Assembly (NCBI GenBank): GCA_965655095.1
Contig: OZ296650.1
Span: 69,068,001 to 69,132,000, forward strand
Length of the DNA: 64,000 bases
Reading direction: 5' to 3'
Origin: Haplodiscus bocki
Taxonomy: Eukaryota
Made by a program: the position numbers and the translations under genes. Under the pieces are notes generated by a model. That model had not been told where the DNA came from and ran no database searches. It was given only the letters and a program-made list of their open reading frames with translations. Shown one piece after another: positions 48,270 to 60,529 of the stretch (its first letter is position 1; each line of letters begins with the position of its first letter).

Positions 48270-50420
48270 TGTCAAGATGTCGTTCTGTGATCCACACATG
48301 TCAAAAACAACAATTAGTATTGGTTTTCGCTGAAGTTGAAACTCATTTATCTCAAAAACTACATGGTTCAATTCTTTCATCTAGGTAACAATGAAAAAAT
48401 CTGTTCGATCAAAAAAAAATGATTTTGTTTCATGCGACTGAATCTTTATTCTCCAAAAATGCCAAGAAACGCTATTAATATTGGCATATTCCGATATTCA
48501 AGCTCATATTTCTTCATTAATACAGGCTTGATTTATTTCATGAAAATCTTATGTGACAGCCTGCTTTCTACCTAACGAGGCCTACGTGACAAAAAAACAT
48601 CACAAATTTGTCCCTTGCATCAGATTCCAAATGGAACCGAAAAGCAAAATAATGCCATTTCAATTGTTGTACCTCGACTCTGAAACTCAAATTTTTAATG
48701 AACTCCACGCCTGATTTCCCTGAAAGTCTTAACCAAAAGTCTTCCACGTGTAGACGAATAGTTGATTTACCAATTACCGATTTTGTCCCTGGCATCCGAA
48801 TGCTGATATTCCAAGAAGCCAAAGAGTGTCAATAAAAATGACATAACTCGATTTTCGAACTCCTCGCAATAGCTATAGGCTCGATGTCTTCCATCAACAT
48901 TTCAATCGCCAGCCATTTGATTGTGGATGAGTATGTTTCTAAGAAACCACTGAATTTGCACCTTGCAGTGGAGTCGCAATGGACCAAAAGTGCCGGAAAG
49001 TGCTAGTCGTTGTGATATGTCTAGCTATTCAAGTTCATATTTCTTCAACTCTTCCTGTTTCATTTTATCCATCAGGGTCTCAATTCCGTTGCCTTCTACT
49101 CAAGGAGGGCTGTTAGAAAATTCAAAATATATGAACTGAGTTTTCTATATTGGAACAGAAATGCTGGCAGCCCGGAAATAGCAAAAAGTACTATCAGTAG
49201 AGACTTATCTCGATGTTCAAACTCATCCATCTCAATAACTACAGATTTGACTGGTTCCATTAAGATCTGAACCGAGAGTTTCGTATTTGTGCAGTATGTA
49301 AATAGAAGTTCATTGATTTTCTATCCTGCCGGATAAATTGACTAGCGGAAAATTATAAAAGCCATTAGTTTTGACAGTCCTCGATACTCAAAGTCAAATT
49401 CCCTCAACACCACCTGCTCCCTTTCATCCATCAAGGTCGCCATCACCACGGGTTCATTTGCAGAAATGTAGTGGCACTAAAAAAATTTCGATTGTGTTGC
49501 TTGAGTAGGAAGGCTGATAGTTCAAACATATCCTAATAAAGTACTAATAAAATTAGCAATCAAACTATATCACCTTTGTTTCTTCAATTGAGGTGTCAAC
49601 CCACAGGTTTCTGCTTGATGAAAATTGTTCGATTGAAAAATCAAAAGTTTTGCGCCTTGCGTCTGAATCCTGATTGTGCGGAAATGCCAAAAACGATTTT
49701 AAAAAAATTGAAACGTTGCGATATTCAAACTTATTATTCTGATACTACAGGTTTGATTTTTTCCATAAAGCTCACAATCTAAAACCTTTCAGTTGTAGAA
49801 TAGCATTCTACTCAAAAGATACCGATTGTATTTTTTGCCTCGGAATCACGGTTGTCCAAGAACTCCAGAAAAGACCTATAACAATGACATACCTTGATTT
49901 TCAAAATCATGTTTCTGCAAAACTACACATTTGATATCTTCCATAAAGTTCTCAATCGACAGTGTTTTTCTTGTGTTCGCCTATGCTACCGAAAAACAAT
50001 TGCTTTTGTTCCTTGCAGAGATGATATCACTCTTGACATATCTCGTTATTCAAACTGAAATTTCATCACCGCCTGCTTCAATTTTTTTCATCAAAGTCTT
50101 CATAGACAGAACTTTACTTAATGACTATTCTATTTCAAAAATATTCAAATTTCTCCTGCATTCAAATGAAAATCCTCGCCGGAACTCCAAAGAATGCTGT
50201 TACTTAGGACATATCTCCATATCCGAACCCATGGTGCTCAAAGGCTACATCTGTGAATTTTTGCATCAAGGCATTAATTACCAGCTTTCCACTTGTAGAT
50301 GACTTTCAAAATGAACAATCCCCGATTTCTTTCTTAAATGCGAGTCATAAAGAGCAATATTGCGAAAAATGTAAACAAAATTTTTCTGTTGTCAATTTTC
50401 AATCCAGCTCGAAGTCTTTC
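48270..50420 (-). pseudogene. Decayed array of ~13 units of a ~59-aa (~175-bp) tandem-repeat protein (copy 2)
   Basis: EF-codon anchors at ~48337, 48497, 48681, 48855, 49028, 49216, 49387, 49560, 49724, 49900, 50049, 50222, 50397. Example units: SIENFMEDIKCVVLQKHDFENQGMSLL; KFEYRNVSIFLKSFLAFPHNQDSDARRKT; EFENRVMSFLLTLFGFLEYQHSDARDKIGN. Confidence 0.7.
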
Positions 50421-53311
50421 CGTTCAAGCGACTTTGCCAAAAGAGGGTTTCTTAGAGAAAATCATGTGTAAGTTCCATTACTCACTATTGCACCTTTTCA
50501 ATGAAGTAACTGTTGCGCGTCTATTAGCAAAAAGGGGCGAAAGGGATCTGCGATCTTTTCTGCCGGTGGTGTTGAGAAAATGGTTGATCGAAAATACATC
50601 AACTAAGTTGGACAAAATACTCAGCACTTTGACTAGAATGCGAGTTTGAGAGACCGAAAAATGAATTGCCAATTGCAATTAAGTGAATTCCAGATTCAGG
50701 TTTCCAATAGAAGTAAAACAAATTTATCATCAATTGTCAACAAATGTCAAAAAGGACCTTGTCCGAGGAAATCCAACACGTAGATCTGTGAAACATTCAT
50801 CTGAACACCGATAAAACACTAGTAATGATCACAGTTTTCGATACCTGCCTGTCCGGTTTTCGCTGCCCGAAACAAAACCGGACAAAAGCAAAAGAGTAAA
50901 AAGATCTCACAATTTGAAAGCCGTCGATAGATACCAAGACGGAGGGAAGCCGAACGGTTGTTTCGATAAAAAGGCATTTCAATGAATTGTCAGAATGCCG
51001 AGGGTAAGGTTTAAAAAGGTAAGCAGACTACTGAATTGAAATTTTCTTGTTCGCTTAAATTTACGCCGGAATATAAACGCTTCACCGATATTCGCTATTT
51101 TCGCATTTTCCTTTTTAGGAAACATTTAGTGCTAGTTTAGTACATAAGCACTAAGCAGTTTAGTGCTAGGCTCAACGTTTCAGCATTGTTGTTTTTTTCA
51201 GAACTGCTCCTATCGGACAAGCGGTTTCAACTTATGTTCGAAGTTCCAACAAAAGTGAGAGATGGACTTAACACTGTTTCGAGAGTAGTCTCCGAAGAAT
51301 GAATTTGACTGTACACTTAGTCGATTTCAGCGTATTGTTTCAATTCTCCTCCGGAGAAAAACCTATCGAAAAATCGCGGGGCCGCAACCAGAATACAATA
51401 TATAATAGAAGAGTCACCTCGTTAAGCTTGTTCGAAATTTAGGCGAATTGGAGCCCTACATGTGGACATAAATGTCCTATATGACAAATATTAGCAAAAA
51501 AGCCCAAATCAGCCGGATCTTCAAGTGTCTTACGCAAAAAAAAACCTATCGAAAAATATTCGGAACACAACCAAAATTAAGTATCTCATAGATTAGAGTA
51601 TTGTCGTAATTATTCAGCAAAAATAAGAAAAATCCGTCAAATAGGTGAAAAGATATTAAGCTTTAAAAAATTTGCAATCGAAAGGGGAACGGGAATAAAA
51701 AAATTACCACTAAATTTCTTGGTGTTCCGCTACACTCGCGTAAAAACCAAAATTTGCTATTTTAGCCCATTTTCAGCTTCTTTCTAAAATTTGAGATTTT
51801 TTCAGAAAAGTTAAATGCTCTCAGCGACTTAGAATGAATTCGTAGCCAAAAAGTTAATTTGAGGGCAGAAGTTCAAAACATTTCGACTCCTTGAAAATTT
51901 CCCAAAGCATTGTTTTTCTGCACACTTGAAAAATTTCAGAAACATCGTTTTTTTGCAAATATTTCAAAATAGCTCCAAAAGAATTGTTTTAATTCAGTCT
52001 GAAATCGTAGCTGGGAAGTGGATTTGGAACCCAAAATCGGAAAAGCCTGCAAAAAGCAGAAGATTCACATTTAGCGAATTCCGGGAAACAGAAATAATAG
52101 ACAATTTCGCAAAATTCGATAAATTGCATTCTTTGCAATTAAATTTCATAATATTGGTGCCTAGAATTCAAACTTGGGAACCTGGTTTCAATAGAAATAT
52201 TCAGTTTGGTGCAAATTTAACGAACGAAATTTTCCTGCAGAACGTAAATGTGAACGTTAAAATACTGTGAGTCTACTTCGTCTCAAAAAACCTCCAAAAA
52301 AACTTGGTAAGCAGCGAATGTGTAAAAACAGTCTCTGTAACAGTCGGGCATTTTTAATAAATAATGGCACCGTCTAGCAAGCGGTGAACGTTCAAAGTCG
52401 GCGCCGTCTAAGGCTAAAATGTACGGTTTCATCGCAAGAAAATCAACTCTTTCAATTTTCAGAAAAACTGGTTTATGGAACAGAATTTGTTACGCAAAAC
52501 TTCTTGATACCGACGATTTAGAAAAGTTAGTTAGGGGTCGGGAAATATACAAGCATTTGCATCTTTCTAAAAGCACAGGTATAAAAAATGGACCAAGTGG
52601 TTCAAATAATCAGCGGATGAAATAACATAATCAAAAGAGAGCTTATGCCAAGAATCGCGTCCGGTACCAATTAATTCGTAGCTTTTTTGCCCAACCCACT
52701 TGGCCACGCAGCCGGCTAATTCGGACCAAAAATTAAGTTTAGAACGACGGGGATACCACAACTTTTTGACTAAAAATTCATGTCTCAGTGCACGTTCCAA
52801 AGACATTTAGTTTTAAACTGCATGAAAAATACAGTAAATCGTGCATATTTCTCATTTTATTTTCTTGATAAATTATCTGTATAACGAAGTTTTTGGTAAA
52901 TGGAGGAGGCATCATGAAAGTTGAAACCAAGTTCTCATGAAATGTTTGGTTTGTGTATCCTATAAAAAACTATTGGAGCATGCATAAAAAAGAAATTATT
53001 TAATATTCACGTTAGAATTTTCCGGTACTTAAGAGTAGCATGAAAATTTTGAAATTTGCGGTTCCCAAAATGGTATTGGCGTAGGCCGGGTATCGTGAAA
53101 AATTTGGTTTGTATAGCTTACGAAAATGTTCGAAACAAACGAGAGGGTGGCGCAAAAGTACCCGATTTTGAAAATTTTGCGCTTTTGCGAAGTTTAGGAG
53201 TATCACAAAAGAAAATTTGCGTCACGGTACCAAAAAAACTTGCTACGGGGACCCTTCACTTCCGGTATCAAATAACGTAAAGTAGATCGATTCGAAGGGA
53301 TCTAAACCGTC

Positions 53312-53781
53312 CAGAGGTGTGTCAACCATAGCAGTAGTGGCGCTATTAAGGGAAATTTGTCAGCTGCTAAGAGATCGCCATTAGCGAATGAAATAAGTAT
53401 TAGCGGTGCTATTAGCGGATTTCGGAAATTCGAGATTTTCCGTCCATTCGGAAAAGGTTTCCAGTAATCCAAATGCTTGAAAAGTATTCAGGAGCTTGTC
53501 GTTCCAAAATGTTGCTTGCAACGCAAAGAAAAAAGCCTGCTAGCTTTAGAATCGCAGTTTTCAGTGGCTGATTCCTTTTGAACCGCTAAGCCATTTCGTC
53601 TTGATATTAATTTCTCGTTTATAGTGATCAGGTATAACTTACAATATTTGATAATCAATGCAATTATTGACCAGCAGTAGCGATTCATTAGCGGTTGTCC
53701 ATAGCGGTAACTAGATAATAGCGATTGTCTCAATAGTGGCATTAGCTGATAGCGATTTTTCATTAGCGAAACACACCTCTG
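53312..53781. mobile_element. hAT-type MITE
   Basis: 11-bp TIR CAGAGGTGTGT; perfect 8-bp TSD AAACCGTC; many (AT)TAGCG subterminal repeats. Confidence 0.9.
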
Positions 53782-54959
53782 AAACCGTCTTAAGGAAATG
53801 AAGCGATGTAATTGCGGTTCAATTTTTGCAATTAAAAGCACCGACTAAAAATGCTAGCATCGATTTTAACCCGTATAAATGTCCTCTACCGATGAAAACG
53901 CTCAAGCTACTAGTGAAAACAAAAAACAAATTAGTTGACATTTTTTCAAGAAAGATTCTGCCAAATAGTTGATGCAATTCTATCGAAACAAACATTTACA
54001 AAAATTATTCACAGTATATACAAGAATTGATGTTTACCAGTGAATTCAATCGCTTAAAGTCTAATTGGAGAGTAAAAAGAAGCGCGACAATTAATGCAAA
54101 ATCAAAAAATACACTACCGAAACAATCAAATTTGCCCTTATTAAAATGATGACTAACACACACTTTCTGCGCGCTCCCCACTTTATCACAAAAAAAAACC
54201 CATCGCACAGTATTTTTAATCACGGGATCCTTCATCACTGTGACATTTGAAGTACATTTTCATTCATATTTTTGTTTGTCCGCTTCATTTTGATCATTGC
54301 AGAACCTTTTTACTTTACAAAAAATGATCCAAAACTATGGCGAAATGGATATAACTCATGCAAACTTGCGAAACAAAGAGGCTCGAATTGCCATTCTATG
54401 AAAACGATTTTGAGAATCAGACCTCAAAAATGTGCCACTAAACAAGGATTAGAATGACAGCTTTTCTAAAACTATGTAATAAATTTCAGGAGTTCCACTT
54501 ACCAAGTATATATCGAAGAACTTGCATGAATGAATTACTGGTAAAAATTGTCGACTTATTCATGCTGTGAATTTTTTCAATTTAATAAGCGATAAGCGTT
54601 TAATTCACTGATGTTTACAATTAGAAGTCAATAACCATCAACTAACAAATTACTTCCTCTTCTCTCTTTTGCGAAGGTTTTTCACAGCTGATTTGGAAGA
54701 ACCAGTCTGAAACAACACATCTGGTCCAAAACAATGGAGTTTTCATGGTTCAAAAATAAAAAGATAAATTAATATCTGGTATATATAAATACCGTGAATG
54801 AGTCATGGACAATAAGTATGATAATTAGGAGAACTGAAAAGTCATAGAGTAAAAAATGAGAGAACATGTTCCATTGAAAGTCAATCCGTTTTGATGGTGC
54901 TGTCAACAATGCATAGTGCCGACTTCCCAATGGCCAGGGCTTAAAGACACTTGTTGTTT

Positions 54960-56050
54960 TACTCAATTCATCTCATAATTGAATAGAACACAAATCAGAG
55001 CTTTTACCACAATATCTCCAATTGAATTTGCAACGTGTTTAGCTCTTTTCTGGGCACGCCTCCCTGGAAGCCATATAAAAGCGCTTCGTTTCAAGGCGAG
55101 ATTTAGCTATGTTCGTATGTACCTGATGGTCTCGGCGTCGCTATCGTTGCGTCTCTGGCTGATCTACCCTAATCGCTGCATCATTTTCGTCGCAGCGGTT
55201 GCTGACATACCGTCACAAGAAAAAATCAGCGCCACAAAGCTCCTGTGTCAAAAACTCGGCTGTTACTTCAGGTATTAAGTGCTGTCATGATATCTGAAAG
55301 GATCCGACAGGTTCTTTCGTGTTTACATCAAGCGGATCGAAAAAGTATCTGGAAATTCGCGTCCCCCAAACATCGTTTGCTTCGATATCTAATCCAGTCT
55401 CATCATTTGTTGTAGTGGAATGGTCAAGAATTTCGAAATGCAACAGTTGACGAATAGTTTCGATTCCGATGTCGTAGCATATTTAGTCCATCAACTTAGC
55501 GAAGGTGTCGCGGATGTTATTACGCCTTATGTGTAGTCTCCATTTGTACAAGGTAGTGCATGACTTGTAGTGAGTGTTTGCCCGCAAGGCAATGGGCTGG
55601 TGTGTTTTCCCGGTAGGAGGATGTTGTCGCAAAATTTTTTATTGTTCAGATCAAATCCGTACTTTATCCATCTTCTTTCTCGATTAAAAATTCTAGCATC
55701 AGTCTACACTTTCGGTTATAGATCCGAGATTCCGCCATCCCCATAAAATTAACAATGATCCCCTGAAATGCTTTTCCTTCGAAGACTTGTTTCACAATCA
55801 GATGGCGATTGGATGGCATCAGGTCATGACCAAAAGCTTTTCCATGCTCAGTGACGCCAGCGGTTGTCACGTAAATCTTCAGCGCTTCTTTAGTCTTCTT
55901 AGTAACCAACGACAAGACGCCATTGGATTCGGAGTTAGATAGTCGAATGGCACTGGCAATTTTTCGCGCGGCCATCACATGATTCCACCGTTTGGTTCCA
56001 TTGTGCTCACATTTGGCAGACACTTTTGTTTTTGGAGTATGCAGTGAAAA
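54960..56050 (-). mobile_element. CRE-type (restriction-like endonuclease) non-LTR retrotransposon, decayed 3' part
   Basis: EHGKAFGH...PS..HLIVK (RT), FDLNNKKF, HCPCG....HAL.C, RRNNIRDTFAK, LDIEANDVWG, SFVALIFS, YIRT*L..ALKRSA....PGRR. Confidence 0.8.
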
Positions 56051-57431
56051 AAACTCAGTTAACTTGCCCGCTTTCTTATCGTTTTTTTCCGCGTAAGTTG
56101 TCTTCGAGTTTGAATCGTCAGTAGAAATCTTTGTTTCCTGTAGAGTGCGACTAAGGATATCATTGCAGCTAAGATACTTGTTTCAATCTGTGGGGTGGAA
56201 TATTTCGTTCAATTGCATTTTGTTGAGGAATTCGCAGTCAGTTTCCTTTTATCTCATAATGTAAAAAGGGGTTTTCAGTTGTTAATTTCTTCATACAGTC
56301 GCTTCAGTGGGGTGTTTTGACGATTTGCAATTTCATCGATAACCTTTTAATCGCTCAGAGCGGCAACTCGCCTTGACTCGTTACTAGGTAAATTTGCCGT
56401 CAAAAACGACGCAGAAGTCCATCGTGTTCTGTAGTCCACCCGCAAGTCGCATCAATTAAAATGGGCATTTGATAAACATGTTTAAACATAACCTATAATG
56501 TGTTTGGTCACTCACTGAGGACGAAGAAATTGAAAAGTTATTGCATTGGTCTAATAATGAAACCTCGAAGGAAGCTTCCGAAATATCGCATCATTAACAA
56601 AAACTAAATTACAAAGATCCGAGAAATGAATGCTACATCCGGAAGAGCATTGTTTGTTCATCTGATATTTTTCTATCAGGGAAGAGCACCGGCACATTGA
56701 AGGAAAAGGTGGCATTAAGACTGAACACAGCTGAATTTACAACGAAAATGTTACGAGTAAACAAAATGTTCACAGCTGTGAAGTTTTCGGAAAGAATTGT
56801 TTTGGATTGAATTCTTCACTACAACTTTGATTATTCGTGACCAGGCTGTGGAAAAATCAGCCACAGATACTGGATTTTCGTTGAAAGCTGCAGTCAGCGT
56901 TACCACATGGGCAAGTTTCTTTGGATAGTTCCAGATTACTGCGGCTAGGTCTTTCAAAAATGCCCCCTGTAGGGGAGGCCGCCCCAACTCTTCCACACTT
57001 CAGATGTTTCGTTTTTGATGTTTACAAGACTACAGTCACCGACGGTGTTTGAAGTTTCTCCGGTCGGAACTGTTTGCGGGACATTGGCATGTTCCTGGAA
57101 TCTTCTGTCCAACGAGAGAGAGGGAGAGAGAGAGAAAGATTCAATTCCCAAAAGAGAGTTAATTCCCACAGAAGGACCAAGACCAACAGAACATAGTCAA
57201 TTTATTACTATTTTGCGCCACATTCACCATAAAATGGAAAGCAAAATCTTCCTCTCAAATGGAACGTTTTTTACCTCAGGTTTGCCAATTGCGTTCACGC
57301 CACATCGGCAGTTGTTGCCGTTTCTAAATGTGAATTTTTTTCATCAAATTTCAGCGAATTTGCCGTAGAATGCGACTGAAATAGTAAGATTTCTCAAAAC
57401 GTTCAAAATTTGGGTTTTTTTCAAAAAAAAT

Positions 57432-58539
57432 CTGGGTTTTTCGGAAAAAAAATCGTGAAACCGATGGCTTTCGAGGAAATCATAGGAACACTTCCTACTG
57501 CTCATGTAAGAAGCCGAAAGAGTAAATATGAACTAAATTTCATTTTGCCAACGGGCTCTTCCTCGGACAAATCGGTAAATTTGTCCAACTAATTCTATCG
57601 TCAAGATGTCATCAAAAGAGAGGAAATGCGAAATAAAAACATGACTTTTTTCATTTCGATTCCTAAATCAAACTGTTTAATTTTCTAAAACATTGGTTTT
57701 GACTTGTCAGTTGCATTTGCACTACTTACAGTGTTGTTGCATTTAATAAACAAGACGGCCGGGCTACCACTGGCATATTTTGCTCCTTCCGATTATAGTA
57801 AAGATGCAATTTTGAAGGTCAGAAACGTTGTTTCCTCAACACTCATATTTTCTAATTTTTCCAACTGTCGAAGCTTTCTCATTTTTTTGCCAGAAGAACC
57901 TCATAAACAGGGCGGAAAAGGCATTTCTAAGAAATAATACCATTTGATACGCATTTTACCGCAAATTTGCTACCTCTAGCGATTTTTAGAAAATTCACGA
58001 TTTTTTCCCGAAAAACCCAGAGGTAGCAAATTTGCGGTAAAATGCGTATCAAATGGTATTATTTCTTAGAAATGCCTTTTCCGCCCTGATTATGAGGTTC
58101 TTCTGGCAAAAAAATCAGAAATCTTTGACAGTTGAAAAAATTAGAAAATTGAGTGTTGAGGAAAAAACGTTTCTGACCTTCAAAATTGCATCTTTACTAT
58201 AATCGGAAGGCGCAAAATATGCCAGTGGTAGCCCGGCCGTCTTGTTTATTAAATGCAACAACACTGAAAGTAGTGCAAATGCATCTGACAAGTCAAAACC
58301 AATGTTTTAGAAAAATAAACAGTATGATTTAAGAATCGAAATGAAAAAAAAATCATGTTTTTATTTCGCATTTCCACTCTTTTGATGACATCTTGACGAT
58401 AGAATTAGTTGGACAAACTTACCGATTTGTCCGAGGAAGAGCCCGTTGGCAAAATGAAATTTAGTTCATATTTACTTTTTCGGCTTCTTACATGAACAGT
58501 AGGAAGTGTGCCTATAATTTCCTCGGAACCCATCGGTTT
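57432..58539. repeat. Inverted duplication: ~520-bp arms (57458-57977 and 58019-58539), 41-bp spacer
   Basis: Arms roughly 95% identical by eye, innermost ~70 bp identical; part of the spacer is itself an inverted copy of 57434-57459. Confidence 0.95.
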
Positions 58540-58599
58540 TTTTTTCTGTGAAAGATTGACGAAAGGCCGACAATCTTCCCTTTGCAAACCATAAGACAT

Positions 58600-59800
58600 G
58601 AGTATAACATATTTTTTCACAGGTGTACTTGTTGTAGCTGTCGTATTCGCCAAGTACCCATTTCACGCAATTCCCTTCAAATCCCCCGACAGCTCTAGAA
58701 TCATCATCAGAGGAGGAGCAAACCTGACAACGGAAAAGGACTATTGGCATCACATAACTGCTACAAAAGTTCAACTTGATAAACGGAGAAACTTGCAACA
58801 AAAACTCGTCTACTGTTTGCAGTTTTATTTTCTTTACATGCGTTGTCCACTTCAAATTTTCGAAATCAAAACTCCGCGAAATTTCACGTGCTATTGACAA
58901 ACTGTTGTTGTTGACATAAACTATTGGCCCAGTGGAACCGAAAGAAAAACACACGCTTATTTGATGTTTACCAAGACTCCATTAGTCTAATTCCTTTGGA
59001 GGAACCTAACAACATCTTCAATGAAAGTATGGAAATCGCAAAACAATTCTGTATCAACAGGAAGCATGCACACGATGCTATCCTACACATCAGGCATGTC
59101 GTTAATTAAAACAAAAAAAACAGTGGACCAAGAATTGATCTTGTGGTACACCAAGCAACACTTTACCGTATTCAGAGGCAGTTCCGCTTATTCTAGCAGT
59201 CAAGAATCTCTCACAGAAAAAACTATGGAAAAACTGGTAAAACTAGAACCAAGGCCGACTTTCCATCTGGTGAGCAAAAAAAAAACGGAACTTGATCACA
59301 ACGTTTCTCAAAGTCAAGTGGTAGTAGAAAATTTCCTTTGTTGGGGTAGAAGTGATCCGTTATTTTTTCAGATGCTGACAGCTGACTTTTTAAATTAGAA
59401 TTCGTCATGATTGGTATAACTTTTACCATTTAGCTTCTCTACCAAGAACTTATGCACTCTTTTCGAAGGATTCGGAGACACTATCCGAAGGAGACTGATT
59501 GGGAGATAATTGCAAAGTTGCTTTTTGCAAGTTCGTTGTGTACGGAATTGATTTACCTCTACCAAATTTCAGAGATCTCCTCAGTCAAAACAACAAACTG
59601 AAAGATAACATCGAAGACAGACGAAAACAAGGCACGGTATATTTTGAAAAAGCCATGAGGAAACTCATCAAGGTTCTCATATTTACATCGTTCACAAACG
59701 AAACGACTTTTTCCATGTCATTAGGGTTTATGATAGACTCTATTTATCGAAAAACATACTGCTCTTTTCATTCGATGTATCAAGAGGGTACGCGTTAAGA
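58600..59800 (+). pseudogene. Possible third decayed pPolB
   Basis: Ordered weak motifs IIIRGG, FYFLYMRCPL (motif A-like), VVDINY, RKHA, KN*SCG (motif B-like), FSDADS (motif C-like, ~59365). Confidence 0.4.
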
Positions 59801-60529
59801 GTGAAATATCAGGCGAAGAAGCCGAAAATGTTCGCGATCTCGCCCAGGTGCAAAGCTTTCCAGAGTCAGAAAACAATGTGATTGGTAGGCCTTTGTCCTG
59901 GTTTTGGAGATGCGACTAAAACAAAAGATATCAAATCGGAAGTCTCTGAGCTCGAGATGAAATTAATCTTACCCAAGTTCTAGAGATTTCTCGGAGAGTC
60001 TACGAAAGTAGCCAAAAACAAATAAACGATAGAAATATCTACTTCTAGAAGGACCGGTGGTCTAGAGGAACCGATTCAAAGGTCCGGGGTTTAGAATTCT
60101 GCTAAGAGCAAAAAGGTTTTTAATTCTTAAGATCTCAATTGTTTTTAAATTTTCGATGAATAAACCTTGAAAAACTCTTGCTATCGATTCAGCTGTATTG
60201 TTAACTGAAATTTGATGATTGTATATTTGTTCTAGTGCCATTTTGCGGATTTTTAGAGTTTTGATTTTAATTTTATTGGCCGAGAACCGAGACAAAACAC
60301 AGAGAAAAACATTATTCTAAATCCGTATTTTAAAGCAAACGAGCTCTATAAAGCCGAAAAACAGCTTTTCGTGGTATTCATAGAAAGGCTCGATCTCTAT
60401 ATAAAATCATTTTTTCGAAGTCCTCCAGGATTTTGTCTCAGGGAAAATATCCACTTCCTGCGAAACAAAAGTCTGCTTGCTTGCATGCTAAACATTTTCT
60501 TTTAATCAGCCCAGCTGTAACATGTAAAC

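Noticed and set aside
48270-50420. CRISPR array or plain satellite
   Set aside because: Eukaryotic context, no identical repeats with unique spacers; conservation is clearer at the amino-acid level.
50450-54900. Numerous 60-120 aa ORFs in the track here and elsewhere
   Set aside because: No recognisable domains or splice-consistent chains; mostly chance ORFs in AT-rich repeats, or antisense shadows of real exons elsewhere.
57458-58539. MITE TIRs or assembly fold-back artefact
   Set aside because: Arms include an element end plus flank, have no TSD and differ by many substitutions; an artefact is unlikely but needs read confirmation.
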